A stretch of 64,000 nt of DNA, from positions 24,939 through 88,938 of IMG/VR virus record IMGVR_UViG_3300030419_004440. One strand, 5' to 3'. Source of the stretch: a virus. A program made the translations under genes and the position numbers. Shown in pieces: positions 10,735-20,039 of this stretch. Numbering within the stretch: position 1 is the stretch's first letter; each line of letters starts with the position of its first letter. The notes beneath the pieces are model-generated. The model made no database searches. It was not told where the DNA came from and saw only the letters and a program-made list of their open reading frames with translations.

Positions 10735-13700
10735 GTGACTACAAATACAACGAATAATATGATGGATTCTATCTTCGATAGCGATCCAACAGATTTTCAG
10801 GAAACCCCATATCACCTTATAACCACGGACCATCCGTGGATGTTTCAGCTTGGGCTATCAACCTTTACAACGGGGACATTGTATAGGTGGTGGCACAAAC
10901 GTGACGGAAATGGTAAATATGAGAATAGAAAGTATTTTATTGAGAATGAAGAAGTCGCAGCTCAGCATGAAGTTCCTTGCGTTGTTCTTGGCGGCGATGA
11001 CACCGAGGGGTATTCCTGCGAGGCCTTTGATAGCTTTAAGGATAAGACGGGTGAATTTAAGGGTCAATTCTCTTTTCAGGGATGGAGAAAAGAGAACGAT
11101 GCTGGTGCGGGACAATATCATCGTATGTATATTGACGGTGGCCACACTGACAAGTGGGCCTTCTCTCAGCCCGGAAAAAACGAAGCTGGAGACCCAAGAA
11201 GTTACAGCTACGAAGATTTAAAAGTTACGGATTTTGATAATGCTTATATAAGAGAAGACGGCGAACTCATGGACGGTTCGGATGACGAACATAAAGCAAG
11301 GTGGTGGCAATCGGACGGTCGAGGTGCTCAGGATCTTTTGATTTTTTTTGGTATGCAGCCTATAACCAACGTCATTGCCATGAATGACTATGTAAACAAT
11401 AAAATATTAAACACGATAGATAGAGGTGCAAAAAAAGAAGACGGAACCCCTGCGGAAGGTGCTTGGACTAAGACAGACTTCGCACGATCAGAGTTTACAC
11501 TAGACATTCAATCTAGTAAAGAGGGGTATGTGGAGTGGAGTGGTTATGTTCCATTTCAGATTAGCCTAGGATCTGGTGACGCTGGAGATGTATTCAAATG
11601 TACAAAATCTGACTGGGTAACTTTTAGACTTCATCTATTTCCTGAAACAGCACCAAAATCTACCCGTCGTGGCATAGCAATGTCCAAACCTTCCTTTGCT
11701 GCACCACCAGTAGACTCACTGGGAAGATCGTACCAAAAAAGGGAGGATGGTAGATTCTCACCTTTTCCTGAAGGTTCTCAGGCCGCAGAAGTTGTTGGCG
11801 ACCTAGACATGAACTTCAATGAGTATACCGGAAAATGGGAGGCCGGTAGCCCGCAAATGGTTGGTATTGTTACACAGAAGATTAGTGCCGCACAAACCAT
11901 TCCTAGCGACAGGCTAAGAAGGGTGACTCCAGAAGATATGCTTAGGAACCCAAACGACCCAAATAGTCACATTATATGGGGTTCGGGTGAAGCAATGTCT
12001 ATACACATGCAAAACAGTAACCCTATGCAATGGACTCCAAATTATCTACAACCATCAAATCTTGATGAAAATGGCAAGTTTGCAGAGATATGCCCAGAAG
12101 ATAGCGAAGAGAGAGCGACGGTAAGAGTCTTCAACGCTAGTTCAAAGCCACTAGAGGTTGACCAGATGTGTTTACTAAACAGAATAGATGGTTTATGGTT
12201 CGCTATAGATTTTCCCTCTGGCGTTGTCGGTGAGGACACAGTGTCTGTTGGTTTTGATGGAAAATGGGAATTCCAGTATTACGCTACCAATGTAGTGCAC
12301 TTCTTTAAAAATAAAGATTTTACTCGTATTCAACCCGCCGCTATAGAGAAAGGGTTTCACAAGGAGTATTATGCGTCAAAATCGTGGGCTGATCGGAATC
12401 ATAACGTATATCAAGGAGCTACAAGAATCTCAGATTTTTTGTATCACGGGGGTTTCCATCAGTTTTCATCTTTTGACTTTATGGATCACTTGATCGCTGG
12501 AACTAGAGATACAAACGCATATTCTCTCACCAGCCCTTTACTGGCACCAAATGGGGACACAATAGAAGGCGATACGGACGGTTTACACACTGGCCCGTTT
12601 TTTGGCTGCTGTTTTCCAGACGGTTATAGCACTGAGGATACGGCTAAATATTTGTCGGACAGAACCTTTATCGCAAAACCGACCATTAATGTAAGCGGTA
12701 AAGTTGATGGTAAGTGGACGCCGACGCACACCCACTTCTCCTCAACGGTAACCGGCGGAGAGACCGAATACAAATATTTTCTGGAAGACGGTATAGCAAA
12801 GGATGGCAGGCCGTTTGCTGAGTATGCAAACCCGGCTGAAAAAACCGGCCCCCGAAACGATTGGAATAAGTGCTATAAGGATCAGCAAAATATTGAACAG
12901 CACCTGTTTGTGACGGATGGGACGAATCTTCTAGACGCTTCACTTAGCCATTTGCCTGCTGACATAGCCCTGAATGCATCCCCTTCCGGATATGTAAATG
13001 GTCAGCCGCTTACTAATATACATAAACTGAACGATGCCTATCACCGAAGCAACGACTCAAGTTTCAGATCCATGGACCTGCTATGTAAGCAATTCTTTAT
13101 GCAAGGAAAAAATTGGCTATATAAAAAATATGACGATGATGATGATAGTGTTGGTATAAAGGATTTTACTGAAAGTAACGCTTTTGATTTTAAGCCAAAT
13201 AGACCAAACAGGATCATGTTTAGACCACTTAAGGCCGAAGCGTATTCACAGTTCATGAGGAGAAATTCGGATGGGAATTATGTTGATCCAAACGCAGAAC
13301 TTGGAACCAGAAGCTATTTTAATCAGAGCCTAGGTAGAGACATGAAGTCTCAAGGGAGGCCATCTTCGGATTCATCTCTATCTCGGGAGCTTGATAATGA
13401 TATAGCACAAATGCGAGACACGAGCGATGCAGCACAAGGAGGGTTTTCAGTTCCGAATATGGCGGGAAACATATACTCTATTTATAATTCTTTTTGGGGG
13501 CTACAGCATCAAGTAGATATACCTACCAGCAAATCAAGCGATTATTTACTTTCCCCCAACGCTAACCTAAAATCCATTCAGGAAATAGATTTTTCTACAC
13601 TATTCCCTCGCCTTCCGGTTACTTGTTGGGGTTTTGCGGGTGGTAACCGTTGGTGTCACTCATCAACCGACATTGATAAGGATAAATACTATGCGAGTCT

Positions 13701-15267
13701 TGACCCCCCTTGGAGGGCTTACAAGATGGGTGACGACGACGATCAACACCGATCTGGTGGTGTAGGAATCATTGCTGCGGCGGCCACATGCACATTACAG
13801 GACAGGGTAAAGTTTGAAAGTACATGTAGACTTGGCTGCTGGTCTTATAGTCATAACAATTCGCCGCCATATAAAGCTTCATGGGGCAAAGGTGACAATC
13901 ACGATAGTTTTTCAACTACAAACCTGTTTGTAAGAGTCTATGCAGCTTGGCCAAAAGAGCAGACAATCTATGATGGTAGATATTTTGCCGTTCACCATTT
14001 TAATGCTGGAATATTAAGCGAAACGTTTGAACATGATGGCGATGAGTGGTACAGGCTGGAGTCGGCGACCGAAGACATTACGCAAAAAGACCCTACCGAT
14101 CCGGCGGGAGGCTTTAAAAGTTACAAATACAAAATCCAAAAGCCGGGCTATGACATAGATTTACTCGGCCCCTCCACAAAGGTGCTTACACCTTCTGAGG
14201 ATGAAGTAAACACTCCTCGTGTTGCAGCTAGCTACTCTAGATTTTACGGGCTAACCACTGTTGAGGTGGCTAATGGGGCATCTACAGTTTACGAGTCCTT
14301 ACCTAGATCGAAGTGGCAGGTTAACAACAGAGTTGTCGCCTCAAGAAGAGGAAAGCTGTTGCCCTTTGAATACAGTTATTGGTCTGTTCAAATTCCTAAG
14401 TTTAAAATTCAGCTTCCGTGGTTTGGCGAGGGCATTGAAGACGGTGAAGAGAAAATTTATAAGAATGGCGGATACGCAATTGTGTTAACAGGAGGGTCAG
14501 ATAACGACGGTTTCTTGAACGCTGAAGCTCGCCCATTTTACGATTTAACAAAAGCAGAAGCCGACAGAGAACAGCAGTTTGATCCAATAAAAAACCCGGA
14601 TTCTGAAGATGTAGTTATGGTTGTTAGAAACCCCGGAGATGGCGGCGATGATGGTAGCTATAAAAAAGGAGACACATTTGTCACCCCTGTAAATATAGGA
14701 GGGGGAACACAGGCCATAATCAAAGTTGCTGATGTTGTAGATGTTGGTGAATACAAAGGAAAAATCTCAACACTTGAGGTTAGCTTTGAGGGTACCGATT
14801 TTGAGAATACTGGTTTCACAGACGTGGATAAAGACAAGCCCATCACAAAGTCATCAATAGGGATGGATCTAAGCCCCGGAGGGTCACAACCAGCGGGCGG
14901 TAGAGGTTTTAATGCTTTTCTAGTAAGAGGCGAAAATCGCCCCACAGTTAAAACTGACCTGAAACCTGAAATAGCCACCTCTGCGGATTTGAATAGATTA
15001 TCTATTAAATCTGAGAAAATATCGGAGCAGGGCGGCGGTATAGGCGGAGGGGGGCACTTTGGCCTTCTTAGTGATAATTTTGAGGCTGATATAGAAATTA
15101 CCAACAAGTCCCCAGACAATAAATATGACCTATTTTTCTTTTTCCATAACGATATTACGCATACTTTCGCATACGGTAACACAAATGTTGGAAATCACTG
15201 GCAAAGAACTGGGGATATGGGTAAGGGGCAAGAACAGTATATAGACCTAACAATAACTACAAATTAA
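10735..15267 (+). CDS. Very large hypothetical protein, probably virion (1510 aa)
   Basis: AGGAG RBS before a GTG start; Gly/Asp-rich C-terminal part; no catalytic motif recognised. Confidence 0.5.
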   Translation: MTTNTTNNMMDSIFDSDPTDFQETPYHLITTDHPWMFQLGLSTFTTGTLYRWWHKRDGNGKYENRKYFIENEEVAAQHEVPCVVLGGDDTEGYSCEAFDSFKDKTGEFKGQFSFQGWRKENDAGAGQYHRMYIDGGHTDKWAFSQPGKNEAGDPRSYSYEDLKVTDFDNAYIREDGELMDGSDDEHKARWWQSDGRGAQDLLIFFGMQPITNVIAMNDYVNNKILNTIDRGAKKEDGTPAEGAWTKTDFARSEFTLDIQSSKEGYVEWSGYVPFQISLGSGDAGDVFKCTKSDWVTFRLHLFPETAPKSTRRGIAMSKPSFAAPPVDSLGRSYQKREDGRFSPFPEGSQAAEVVGDLDMNFNEYTGKWEAGSPQMVGIVTQKISAAQTIPSDRLRRVTPEDMLRNPNDPNSHIIWGSGEAMSIHMQNSNPMQWTPNYLQPSNLDENGKFAEICPEDSEERATVRVFNASSKPLEVDQMCLLNRIDGLWFAIDFPSGVVGEDTVSVGFDGKWEFQYYATNVVHFFKNKDFTRIQPAAIEKGFHKEYYASKSWADRNHNVYQGATRISDFLYHGGFHQFSSFDFMDHLIAGTRDTNAYSLTSPLLAPNGDTIEGDTDGLHTGPFFGCCFPDGYSTEDTAKYLSDRTFIAKPTINVSGKVDGKWTPTHTHFSSTVTGGETEYKYFLEDGIAKDGRPFAEYANPAEKTGPRNDWNKCYKDQQNIEQHLFVTDGTNLLDASLSHLPADIALNASPSGYVNGQPLTNIHKLNDAYHRSNDSSFRSMDLLCKQFFMQGKNWLYKKYDDDDDSVGIKDFTESNAFDFKPNRPNRIMFRPLKAEAYSQFMRRNSDGNYVDPNAELGTRSYFNQSLGRDMKSQGRPSSDSSLSRELDNDIAQMRDTSDAAQGGFSVPNMAGNIYSIYNSFWGLQHQVDIPTSKSSDYLLSPNANLKSIQEIDFSTLFPRLPVTCWGFAGGNRWCHSSTDIDKDKYYASLDPPWRAYKMGDDDDQHRSGGVGIIAAAATCTLQDRVKFESTCRLGCWSYSHNNSPPYKASWGKGDNHDSFSTTNLFVRVYAAWPKEQTIYDGRYFAVHHFNAGILSETFEHDGDEWYRLESATEDITQKDPTDPAGGFKSYKYKIQKPGYDIDLLGPSTKVLTPSEDEVNTPRVAASYSRFYGLTTVEVANGASTVYESLPRSKWQVNNRVVASRRGKLLPFEYSYWSVQIPKFKIQLPWFGEGIEDGEEKIYKNGGYAIVLTGGSDNDGFLNAEARPFYDLTKAEADREQQFDPIKNPDSEDVVMVVRNPGDGGDDGSYKKGDTFVTPVNIGGGTQAIIKVADVVDVGEYKGKISTLEVSFEGTDFENTGFTDVDKDKPITKSSIGMDLSPGGSQPAGGRGFNAFLVRGENRPTVKTDLKPEIATSADLNRLSIKSEKISEQGGGIGGGGHFGLLSDNFEADIEITNKSPDNKYDLFFFFHNDITHTFAYGNTNVGNHWQRTGDMGKGQEQYIDLTITTN

Positions 15268-15268
15268 T

Positions 15269-15297
15269 TTCAAATTTAACTACTTTTCGTGTATAAT
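15269..15297 (+). promoter_or_regulatory. Sigma70-like promoter TTCAAA-N17-TATAAT
   Basis: Perfect -10 box at 15292-15297, 17 bp spacer, intergenic, followed by the strong RBS AAGGAGG. Confidence 0.55.
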
Positions 15298-15325
15298 ACT
15301 ATGACTCTATAAGGAGGGTTTTATA

Positions 15326-16072
15326 ATGGCAGAAATTAAATTCTATGCTAACGAGACTAGCATAGCGGGTGGGACTGATTCCACCCTAATTGATCATACG
15401 TCTGGCTCTGGCATGGGGTTTTTTGGCGGAGGCTTTGGCATTTCCGTACCAGTTGGCCAGTATCAGGATACTACTTTCGTTACCAACTCTGACGGTACGT
15501 CTAGTGGCATTCGTGTTAAAAATACAAAATATGTAGCTAGCACCACTATTCCAAACAGTGGTGTTTCTGCAAATGGCGGGGCTACCATTGGCCTATCCGG
15601 TATGCCAAATTACTACGCACCTCTAAATATTAGATTTGAGCATAGTGAAAAGGTAAGAGTACAAAATTGCAAACTTAGAATATTTGATCGTAATGATATT
15701 TCCAAGCAGGCGAGCGGAGTAACAACTAAGGTGTATGAATGTCGTCATCCACAACCAAATGAGGCATTTAATGGCCAAAGTGGAACTCTAGCAATGCGAG
15801 GCATTAGTAATTATGGATGGACGGAATTTGATCCAACAGAAACTATGGCCGATCTAGCTTTTACGGCTTCGCCCGGCATGAGTGGATTGAACACGTCGGC
15901 TGCTGACACCCTTCCTTCTGGTTTGGCTGACGGAAGTATAAACTGGCTTACTAATGAAGGTACTGCACACGAAAGCACGAGGCATGATTGGTTTGTGGCT
16001 ATGAGTGCTTCACCAGATAGTATAGGAAGTAAAACTCAGTATGGTCTCTACTTCACACTAGAGTACCTGTAA
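15326..16072 (+). CDS. Putative abundant virion structural protein (248 aa)
   Basis: Has its own promoter, strong RBS and terminator; Gly/Ser/Thr-rich beta composition. Confidence 0.55.
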   Translation: MAEIKFYANETSIAGGTDSTLIDHTSGSGMGFFGGGFGISVPVGQYQDTTFVTNSDGTSSGIRVKNTKYVASTTIPNSGVSANGGATIGLSGMPNYYAPLNIRFEHSEKVRVQNCKLRIFDRNDISKQASGVTTKVYECRHPQPNEAFNGQSGTLAMRGISNYGWTEFDPTETMADLAFTASPGMSGLNTSAADTLPSGLADGSINWLTNEGTAHESTRHDWFVAMSASPDSIGSKTQYGLYFTLEYL

Positions 16073-16090
16073 ACCGACAATTTAGCGATC

Positions 16091-16126
16091 AAAGGAGGGG
16101 GTGGCGTAGAGCCGCCCCCTTTTTTT
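16091..16126 (+). terminator. Rho-independent terminator
   Basis: GGGGGTGGC-GTAGA-GCCGCCCCC stem-loop followed by T7. Confidence 0.85.
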
Positions 16127-16144
16127 ATAGAAGGAAAGAGAAAA

Positions 16145-16915
16145 ATGGACATACTTCATTATATTGAAGTGCACAGCGTAGACCACTGCACCCTATCTTG
16201 CAACTATTGTTCTCATGATGCAGAAAACGCGGATGTCAAATCATATTCACCAGAAGACTATGACAGATGGTTAGATAAATTCTCTGAGAAAGAGATTTTG
16301 TTTGACAATATATCTATTGCCGGTGGAGAACCATTAATAAATAAAAAGCTACCTGACCTGATCTCAATGTGTAAAAAATACACCAATGATATAGTCAGCA
16401 CCATGACGAATGGCTGGTGGCTTAGTAGCAACGAGTCTGTGAAAAAACAAGCAGATAGATTGACTGAGCTAGACGCTCTGAGTGTCACCGTTTATAGGCC
16501 TTATGTTGAGAAGTTTGGAGGGCTAGACGCAGTTCAGGACAGGCTAGAATACTTGCAAGAATTACTTCCCGAACTAAACATAATAAGATGGGGGCAAAGG
16601 ATAGTCAGGGATTTTGGTAAAATAGAATTTACAGATGAAAAAAGGGATACTGTTCCGGACTTTTACTGTGCCTTTATGGGTTGCAAACAACTGCTTCATA
16701 CAGGTCTATTACTGGGGTGTTGTGCTTCTAGGCGTGTTATTTCCATGCCAGCCGTAGACAAGTTTAGCATACAAAACGACTTTGACAGAGACGAATTCAT
16801 TTCGTGGTACTATAAGTACCCCCTCAACCTATGCAACTATTGCTCCATAGCCACAGAGGGGGCTACATATGTACCGTGGACTCAAAAGACAAAGGATGAC
16901 ACCGTGTCGTTCTAA
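16145..16915 (+). CDS. Radical SAM protein
   Basis: CxxxCxxC (HCTLSCNYC), GGEP motif, TNG motif, extra C-terminal Cys cluster (SPASM/twitch-like). Confidence 0.85.
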   Translation: MDILHYIEVHSVDHCTLSCNYCSHDAENADVKSYSPEDYDRWLDKFSEKEILFDNISIAGGEPLINKKLPDLISMCKKYTNDIVSTMTNGWWLSSNESVKKQADRLTELDALSVTVYRPYVEKFGGLDAVQDRLEYLQELLPELNIIRWGQRIVRDFGKIEFTDEKRDTVPDFYCAFMGCKQLLHTGLLLGCCASRRVISMPAVDKFSIQNDFDRDEFISWYYKYPLNLCNYCSIATEGATYVPWTQKTKDDTVSF

Positions 16916-16946
16916 TTCCCTTCGACCTACAATATAAGGGGTAGGT

Positions 16947-17813
16947 ATGAACATACAAGAAGAGATAGATTTACTAAGCGAAAAGGCTAGACAGCAAAAT
17001 AAAAACAAAACACTGGTAATTCCTGATGGAACTTATCGGCTAAGTAAACCTCTAGTAATAACCGGAGGCGTGAGTGTTGTCAGCGAGGGAAAAGGCAGAC
17101 GTTCAGTCAGGCTTATCTTTATTGGGATGAAAGATGGAGATACTCTAGTCACCGTTAAGGGAAACAATGGGGGCATAATTGACGGGCTCAATATAAAATG
17201 CTTTGATGACGTAGATAACATAACCGGTCTACTTAGCGAAAACTGCTCATCAGCAACATTCTCCAATCTAGACATAGAACTACAATGTGGTTATGACTGT
17301 CTTGGAATTAAACACTTACGCAATGGCAAGCTAGGAGAGTCCTGCATCTACGAAAAGTTTGACATAAGGTCAGACGGAGGTTGTGTAGAAATACAAGGGG
17401 GCGACAATAATGTATTTAGAGATTTTGATTGTCGTGCAGGGACTAAAGTAAAGAATAGCATATCAGCTATATTTAGATTTGCGGAAAACTCTGTTCCGCA
17501 CCATGTCAGGATTGGCCCCGGATCAGGACAAAAAGGCAAACACGCATACTACTGCAACTCTGTGTCAGACTCTGTTTCTGGCGGCGGTATTTTGTTTGAC
17601 TCTTATAGGTGGGAACAACCATCAACCAAGGAAACCACAGCCTTTGTGCACACTCCAAAAAGAAAAGGCGGCAAACTTGGACACGTTACAGAAAGACTCA
17701 CGTTCATTGCGTGTCGATCTTCTAGGGTAAAGACAGCTATCAAAGTGACAAACACTCTTCAGGCGAGGTTTATTGGTAGTTTTTTAGACGGTAAAAAAGA
17801 TATAGAAAGGTGA
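16947..17813 (+). CDS. Right-handed parallel beta-helix (pectate-lyase-3-like) protein
   Basis: N-terminal LVIPDGTYRLSKPLVI..GVSVVSEG motif typical of Pectate_lyase_3/tailspike folds; repeated short beta strands. Confidence 0.65.
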   Translation: MNIQEEIDLLSEKARQQNKNKTLVIPDGTYRLSKPLVITGGVSVVSEGKGRRSVRLIFIGMKDGDTLVTVKGNNGGIIDGLNIKCFDDVDNITGLLSENCSSATFSNLDIELQCGYDCLGIKHLRNGKLGESCIYEKFDIRSDGGCVEIQGGDNNVFRDFDCRAGTKVKNSISAIFRFAENSVPHHVRIGPGSGQKGKHAYYCNSVSDSVSGGGILFDSYRWEQPSTKETTAFVHTPKRKGGKLGHVTERLTFIACRSSRVKTAIKVTNTLQARFIGSFLDGKKDIER

Positions 17814-17817
17814 TAAA

Positions 17818-18105
17818 ATGAATCCATTCCCAACCCCCTCTGGATCACCAGAACCCTCTGGTCAGCTTCAGTTCCCGTATAATGTATTAGCATTATTAAG
17901 AGAGGAGAGAGATAAGCTTATTAAAGATAGGAACACCCAAAAGGGAAGAATTAAAATTTGTGAGAAGGAAGAGGCTAGATGGAAACAAAACCGGATGGCT
18001 TATAGGAACAATTTAAAGAATATCAACATCAATATCATAGAGGCAAACAGCAAGATAAAAGAAGAACTAGACAGAATGGACGATCTAGCAGAGGAAGATA
18101 TATAA
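17818..18105 (+). CDS. Small coiled-coil hypothetical protein
   Basis: 95 aa ORF with RBS-like GAAAGG; charged helical composition. Confidence 0.5.
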   Translation: MNPFPTPSGSPEPSGQLQFPYNVLALLREERDKLIKDRNTQKGRIKICEKEEARWKQNRMAYRNNLKNININIIEANSKIKEELDRMDDLAEEDI

Positions 18106-18106
18106 T

Positions 18107-18144
18107 AAAAAAAGGGGGCAGCTTTCACTACCCCCTCTTCTTTT
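18107..18144. terminator. Bidirectional intrinsic terminator at the convergence of the + and - gene blocks
   Basis: On the - strand GGGGGTAG-TGAAAG-CTGCCCCC-T7; also a T-rich tail on the + strand. Confidence 0.8.
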
Positions 18145-18165
18145 AGGTTAGTCGGATGACTAAAC

Positions 18166-18501
18166 CTATTCATTCTTCTCTGTCTTGGGGTTCCATTTAA
18201 CCCAACCGCGATCAGGCAGCCAGTTTCCTTCGCTGTCTTTACGTTTCGGGAAAAGGCCTCCGCCCTTTTTCATAGATCCGAATGATAACCTTGCCCCACA
18301 ATCTGCACATCGCAGTTCGTAGTATAGGTTGTCGTCCACGTTTCTAACAACGAATTTAATGTTATCAGAACCGCACTTTCCACAGACATCCTCCTCGAAA
18401 ACCTCTTGGAATTTGGCTATCTCGCCAAATATGTCTCTCTGTGAATCTCCTTCAAGCTCAACTTTGAGCTTCCCATTTTTTGTTTGATAAGTAACTTTCA
18501 T
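18166..18501 (-). CDS. Zinc-ribbon protein
   Basis: CGKC...CADC; probable start at 18501 (TAATG overlap). Confidence 0.6.
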   Translation of the reverse strand: MKVTYQTKNGKLKVELEGDSQRDIFGEIAKFQEVFEEDVCGKCGSDNIKFVVRNVDDNLYYELRCADCGARLSFGSMKKGGGLFPKRKDSEGNWLPDRGWVKWNPKTEKNE

Positions 18502-19274
18502 TAACTTCTCCAATCTGCTACATAAGCGGTGATAGAATCAGGGATTAACTTTTTGTCCTGTTGATAGTCGTTAAGCTTTTTAATAGCATCGCTAGCTTGA
18601 CGTTTATCAATCTTTCTTTTTACATTTAAATCAAATACCTCATTGAAAAATTCTGCTACATTTAAATTTAACTGGTTACATTTAGCGTCAATGAAGTTAG
18701 CTTGTGCATCACTCATCCTATAAGAATCGTCATACTCACCCTCTGTCTCCACTCGCTGCGTTTGACTGATACTTTTAACAATACTAGCCGTGTCTTTCTT
18801 TGTCATCTCTTCAGCGGCCACGGTTCGCAACCTAAGAGCCTTTCTTAAAGCCCTGCCCTCTGCACGGGTAGCTGCGGTAGCGGTGTTAAACACGCAGAAC
18901 ATGTCGTCTGTGTTGCCCTCCCAGCTATCTGCTACGTCAGAGAATACAGAGCCATCTGAGAATACGACCTCCCAGATAACAGTAGCTCTTCCAACTTCAC
19001 CGCCAGTGGTTGGCGGAAACACCTGCGTTGGCTTACTGGAAACAATCTGTCCTAAAACTAACTCAGATACTCTTCTCAGCCCTGCACATGTTGGCCTGCC
19101 GTCAAAAAGCTCGTTGTCAGCAAAGAGTCCTAAGATATAATCATTCCACTCTGGAGATGTTATACTAGGTGCTGATTCGTCCATAATTATATCCTTTACT
19201 TTGGTGTCCGTGTTTGACGGTGTTTGTAATTCAATGTCTGCAAACAAATCATCTTTTTCTTCCAATTCAATCAT
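18501..19274 (-). CDS. Putative single-strand annealing protein (Rad52/Sak-like)
   Basis: TAATRAEGRALRKAL helix resembles the A-x-T-x-A-x-x-RA motif of annealing proteins; C-terminal SDAQ...ASDAIKKL helical domain. Confidence 0.45.
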   Translation of the reverse strand: MIELEEKDDLFADIELQTPSNTDTKVKDIIMDESAPSITSPEWNDYILGLFADNELFDGRPTCAGLRRVSELVLGQIVSSKPTQVFPPTTGGEVGRATVIWEVVFSDGSVFSDVADSWEGNTDDMFCVFNTATAATRAEGRALRKALRLRTVAAEEMTKKDTASIVKSISQTQRVETEGEYDDSYRMSDAQANFIDAKCNQLNLNVAEFFNEVFDLNVKRKIDKRQASDAIKKLNDYQQDKKLIPDSITAYVADWRS

Positions 19275-20038
19275 TATTCAACCTCTATAAAACGTTTTGA
19301 TCTTGGTGGGAACTTCTTTTTAATGCTTTCTAAATGATCAATAACACGAATCACTAGGCTCTCTTTTTTTGCAAGAGATTCCTGTCCCAGTGATTTGATC
19401 CTAATAACAACGTAGCCCTTACTAAGCAAAGCACCGCTTTTCCTCAAGTCAGCGTTTATTTGCTTTTGCAACTTATCTTCACCCCAAATGGGATAAAAAT
19501 GAGAAGGGCCATCTACCTCTATTATAGTCTTTAGTTCTGGAATGTACAAATCTATTTCCAAATTTTCTGCCGGAATTATAATTTGATGAGCGTTACAGAA
19601 AAACCCAGCCTTCTCTAGCCTGCTTTGAAAAAACTGTTCAAGCTTAGACCCTTGAGTAGCAGCTAATTGAATCGCCGCTATACCTTTTGAACGCATTGTT
19701 TCCTTTTGCTCGTTGGTCATATTTTTCCAATTTTTCTTAGCAATTCTAGATCTACGCTTTCTTTCCTTGTCGGTCATGTCATTCCAGTAATCAACGAGAC
19801 TACTGCTAATTTTTATTCTCTCCTTGCTGGATCTTTTTCTACCCTTTGTCGGATGAGAGCTTCGCCCCTCAGCAAGTGCGGTTTTTTGTGCCTCACTCTT
19901 ATCCTTTAATTGGTAGCCATTTTTAATCAATGTACGACGTATTTTGTTTGGGTATGTGTTAAGATGCTTTGCTATTTCATACGTGCTTTTGTTCTGTACG
20001 TTGTACATCTTTATTACTTGTTTTTCAAAATCGTTCAT
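19274..20038 (-). CDS. Free-standing homing-type endonuclease: N-terminal HTH, NUMOD3-like basic repeats, Vsr/DUF559 (EDxHD-like) nuclease
   Basis: STYEIAKHLNTYPNKIRRTL (HTH); KGRKRSSKERIKISSSL; IDLYIPELKTIIEVDGPSHF...D. Confidence 0.7.
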   Translation of the reverse strand: MNDFEKQVIKMYNVQNKSTYEIAKHLNTYPNKIRRTLIKNGYQLKDKSEAQKTALAEGRSSHPTKGRKRSSKERIKISSSLVDYWNDMTDKERKRRSRIAKKNWKNMTNEQKETMRSKGIAAIQLAATQGSKLEQFFQSRLEKAGFFCNAHQIIIPAENLEIDLYIPELKTIIEVDGPSHFYPIWGEDKLQKQINADLRKSGALLSKGYVVIRIKSLGQESLAKKESLVIRVIDHLESIKKKFPPRSKRFIEVE

Positions 20039-20039
20039 G

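Noticed and set aside
59-15182. Many short antisense or alternate-frame ORFs within the large + strand genes (and + strand ORFs across 18-64 kb)
   Set aside because: Fully nested in longer motif-bearing genes, with no recognisable motifs; shadow ORFs
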